This document shows positions 60,786 to 64,000 of a DNA stretch of 64,000 bases, in pieces. The notes beneath the pieces were generated by a model. That model had not been told where the DNA came from and made no database searches. It was given only the letters and a program-made list of their open reading frames with translations. The stretch is from Marsupella aquatica (lineage: Eukaryota > Plantae > Marchantiophyta): contig OZ316891.1 of the NCBI GenBank assembly GCA_973895155.1, positions 20,472,169 to 20,536,168 on the forward strand, given 5' to 3'. Position 1 is the stretch's first letter; every line of letters starts with the position of its first letter. The position numbers and the translations under genes were made by a program.

Positions 60786-62574
60786 AGGGTAATTGGCACA
60801 TGGAGTAAGATTTTTAGTGTTTTGTGATTCATGCAAACTGCCAGCTATGGTCAAAACTTGAACTCAATGAATTGACACAATTTATTTGATCAGATATTGA
60901 TCTGGTTTCAAATGGACTTATCACAGATTGACTTTTGCTCATAGCTTGAGAATTTGGTTGCATATAACGAAAAGGCCTGATTTTGACAACTGCTTATGAT
61001 AACCATGCTGTTGACTTTGGTTTGCAAAGTAAAATATTCCTGTGGCAATTGAAAAAATGTCAAACTGCTCAAGCCATGGCTGAATGGGTCCACCATGATT
61101 TTGTGAGAAAATCTAATCTAAACAATGCAAGCTTTAAAATCTATCATATTTGTCCAACACAACATGACTACCAGCTTCTCTTCCTAATCAGACTTCTCTC
61201 TTCTGAAAGCTTAAGCGTTGCCCTTCTCCATTTGGTGAATAGTTGTGTCAAGGTCATGAGGCTATCAACCTCTAATTCAAAACTTGCCAAAGTCAGACTT
61301 CATTGAAATCTCCAGAATTTCCAATTATTTGAAAGTACATGAACAAAACAGGCTACAAATATTCTACAAAGAGGACTCAGCTACTAGAAAGCTTAGGGTT
61401 CCTTGTTGAGAAAAGCAAATTTCTGAATTGATCAGGAGAAAGTAGTATTCTCATCTCGAATTTAGTGCCCAGGGCAATTTAGTGGTCAAATATAGTGTCA
61501 TCCAATGCCCAAATCAACTAAAGTAAACAAAATTGTGTCTTGGGTATATTAATTAATGTTCTAAAATTAGTCAAAATATCTCATAGATCTTAACTAAGTG
61601 TTTTAATGTGTGCTAGCAAAGCATTCTGGACCATATTAGCCTCTCAAAACTCAAGCTAAACGCCCTTATTTTCCTGGTCATTATGAAGAATGTAAAATCA
61701 CATTTGTATGAGTTAATTTCTCCTATACTTTCATTAAAATTTGTCAAATTATCTCATCATAATAATCATTCTGTGATATCAAAGCATTTTGGACCATAAT
61801 AACCTCTCACAACTTGAGTTAAAGCTAATATTACATACATTATTTTTACTCAAACAAGGCCTGAAAAATGTAACCAGGGGTCCACTAACTAATTGCTTTA
61901 TATTTCCATGATCTTATGTAAAATTTGTATTTTAATAAATTTAGATATGATAGTATAATTTAGGGTTTATATATTTTTCAATTAGTTGAAATAGTTAGGG
62001 GAAGAGGTCAAAACTTTGTATTTAGCGGGCAGCGCGGTATCTGGAGGGTATCCCGCTAATAACGTCTGGAAAACAAAACACCCCTACTCCCGATTGCACG
62101 CCACTGTATTTTTAGATTTTACGTTGTGTCCGTTTAGGAGCTCCCTGTACCTGTGATTACGGTGGAGGTACCAATTTTCTCGCTTCCCGAAAGAAGGCGA
62201 AAAGAAGTCTATTCTATTCCCTAACGATTCCTATTACTGTACAGTTGGATATTCCGAAGTGCACACGCCCAGGAAGAAACAAACGCTTTACATTTTCATG
62301 TGATTTGCAGAAGGGATAAGTCCACAATTTCAGACTGCCCTGATGGATCAATCAATAACAACAATAACTATGATTCTTTTGGTTGCAACGTCAGTCATTT
62401 CTCGTCCCTCTTTGCCTTGTCACATTCAAGACACTGTCATCTGATGTTCCAGTACTGGTCTCGTGCCTTGCCAAAATCATCAACTGTCCTAATATCCCTC
62501 GGTTGGTGCAGTATAGTTTAGTCTTTAGATTATTTTAGTAAATTATCCTGAAAGATGGACAACGAAGCTCCATG

Positions 62575-63715
62575 TCTAGCTTCAAGCTGCTTTCGGTTTG
62601 TACTGAGTGAATCAAGATCCTCGAAAATGCCTGATTGAATGAAAAACATTGCAGCTACTGTCGTTGATTGTGTTGTCTCTAAGTTGCAGTTCTCCCCGTC
62701 GTGCATCACTTCGGCTCTAGCTTGAACATGTCCTTCACAATAACACCTGATTATGAAAACTTACATAAGCTTCGAAAAGATGTCCAGTAGCTGTAAGTCT
62801 CAGATTTATATAGAGGGCATCAAATAGTCCGTCTGTGCCCGGATACTGTAGCTCTCTGTCAAGAGCAGTGTGACCAGTGCCATTAGATCCGCAGTTTGTA
62901 GATTTTCCATCGGATAGTCTCTTGCTTTGTTGAAAGTCTTTAATTCATTCCTGATTTGCTTTCCTCCCATGAGGCAAATTCGTGTTCCTTCTTATCTTAC
63001 ATATATATAAAAGCGTAATTTTTCTGCTGTCCCTTAAAAGATATTACCGACTAATCCTCAAAACTCATTGACCAGTAGTCTCCTTTTTATTAAAAAACAA
63101 CTTTGCTTTGTACTGCCTAGGGCAAGATAACTCAGAGCTGGACCATGGCAAAAATGTCTACTGGAAATAGGAATAACCAATGAACTATAGCACATCACTG
63201 TTATACGAGGAGGGTTCCCTTTGGCAAAAATCTTTACTGAAACTTGGAACTGGGGTTGTTGGAGAAAAGCAGCCCAGAGATACCACAGCCTTTGACACAC
63301 AACTCGGATGGAACCACTCGGAAAGTCCACTTTAGTATCATCCGTTGGTTAAATGGTCACACATTTGAGTCTCAAAATCCAAGTTTCAGGGTTACCCTAA
63401 ATCTAAGCGTCAATCATTGTAGTTTGAGGGTCACTTTCAATCTAACAATCAATCATTTTTTTGTTATTAAAACATCGAAATCTAATGATTCACTAAAAGA
63501 CACCGAGACGCACCGAAAACTCTATTTCTGGTCGTCTAAACATCAACTTTTGTGATTGGAGCACATTTAAACGTTTGTTGAGAATCCATCTAGGAGTTCC
63601 AAAAGTCCATCTAGGATTTTGGACAAAGTTGAATACCAAGGGGGCCCTTTTTCTTTGAAAGAAAGTTGATCATCGTCTCACTGTCAAGAAAGCTATCTCC
63701 ACTAGAAGAGTTAGG
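62575..63715. repeat. Duplicated downstream flank of the RLK (paralogous to about 46290-47520)
   Basis: Shared blocks in the same order: CTTCAAGCTGCTTT..TACTGAGTGAATCAAGAT, CAAGAGCAGTGTGACC.GTGCCAT, GATAGTCTCTTGCTTTGTTGAAAGTC, GGGGGCCCTTTT. Confidence 0.85.
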
Positions 63716-64000
63716 TTACGACCCATTACTAAAATCAGCAAACATGGCTTCATATATTTCTTTATATGTCTCACGTGATAATGCTGCCTCCTTCATCTCA
63801 TGATAAGTGAGCCTGGAGCTTTCTTCGATCATGCTCGAAACGTCTCTGCTACTAAGGAAAGAAACCACTTGCCTCATGTTGGGCCTCATCTTGCCATCTT
63901 CTTGCATGCACAGCTTGGACAGATCGACCAAGGTCTCCAGTTCATGGGCATGGAAATCACCGTTTAGTCTGTTGTCTACCAACTCATGATACAGAGATGG
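63716..64000 (-). CDS. 3' end of a tandem paralog of the receptor-like kinase (continues beyond window)
   Basis: ...ELVDNRLNGDFHAHELETLVDLSKLCMQEDGKMRPNMRQVVSFL... is nearly identical to the C-terminus of the 47486-50394 kinase. Confidence 0.9.
   Translation of the reverse strand, partial: PSLYHELVDNRLNGDFHAHELETLVDLSKLCMQEDGKMRPNMRQVVSFLSSRDVSSMIEESSRLTYHEMKEAALSRETYKEIYEAMFADFSNGS

Overview
Eukaryotic, intron-containing land-plant genomic DNA; gene content and long intron-bearing 5' leaders suggest a bryophyte such as a liverwort (inference). Genes supported by the sequence: (1) a CRF-type AP2/ERF transcription factor (+, 15614-17368) behind a spliced, uORF-rich leader; (2) a 13-exon INTS11/CPSF73-II beta-CASP nuclease (+, 24912-31231); (3) a convergent 4-exon coiled-coil protein of unknown function (-) with a triplicated 5' exon; (4) a SAM-domain protein (+, 43716-45044); (5) a receptor-like kinase (-) with a ricin-B lectin + DUF642-like ectodomain; (6) the 3' end of a tandem paralog of that kinase at the window edge. 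Intergenic DNA holds Copia-like solo LTRs with intact 5-bp TSDs, a family of small TIR elements making 3-bp ANT target duplications (shown by empty-site comparison, one copy nested), minisatellites and local duplications. Most interesting: the intron-spanning, AUG-less conserved-peptide-like uORF of the CRF gene, lying +1 to an AUG uORF that ends UUU-CCG-UAG at the splice donor; the unusual RLK ectodomain; and the ANT-TSD transposon family. No searches could be run, so family assignments rest on motif recognition, and exon models are hand-built from GT-AG sites and phase.
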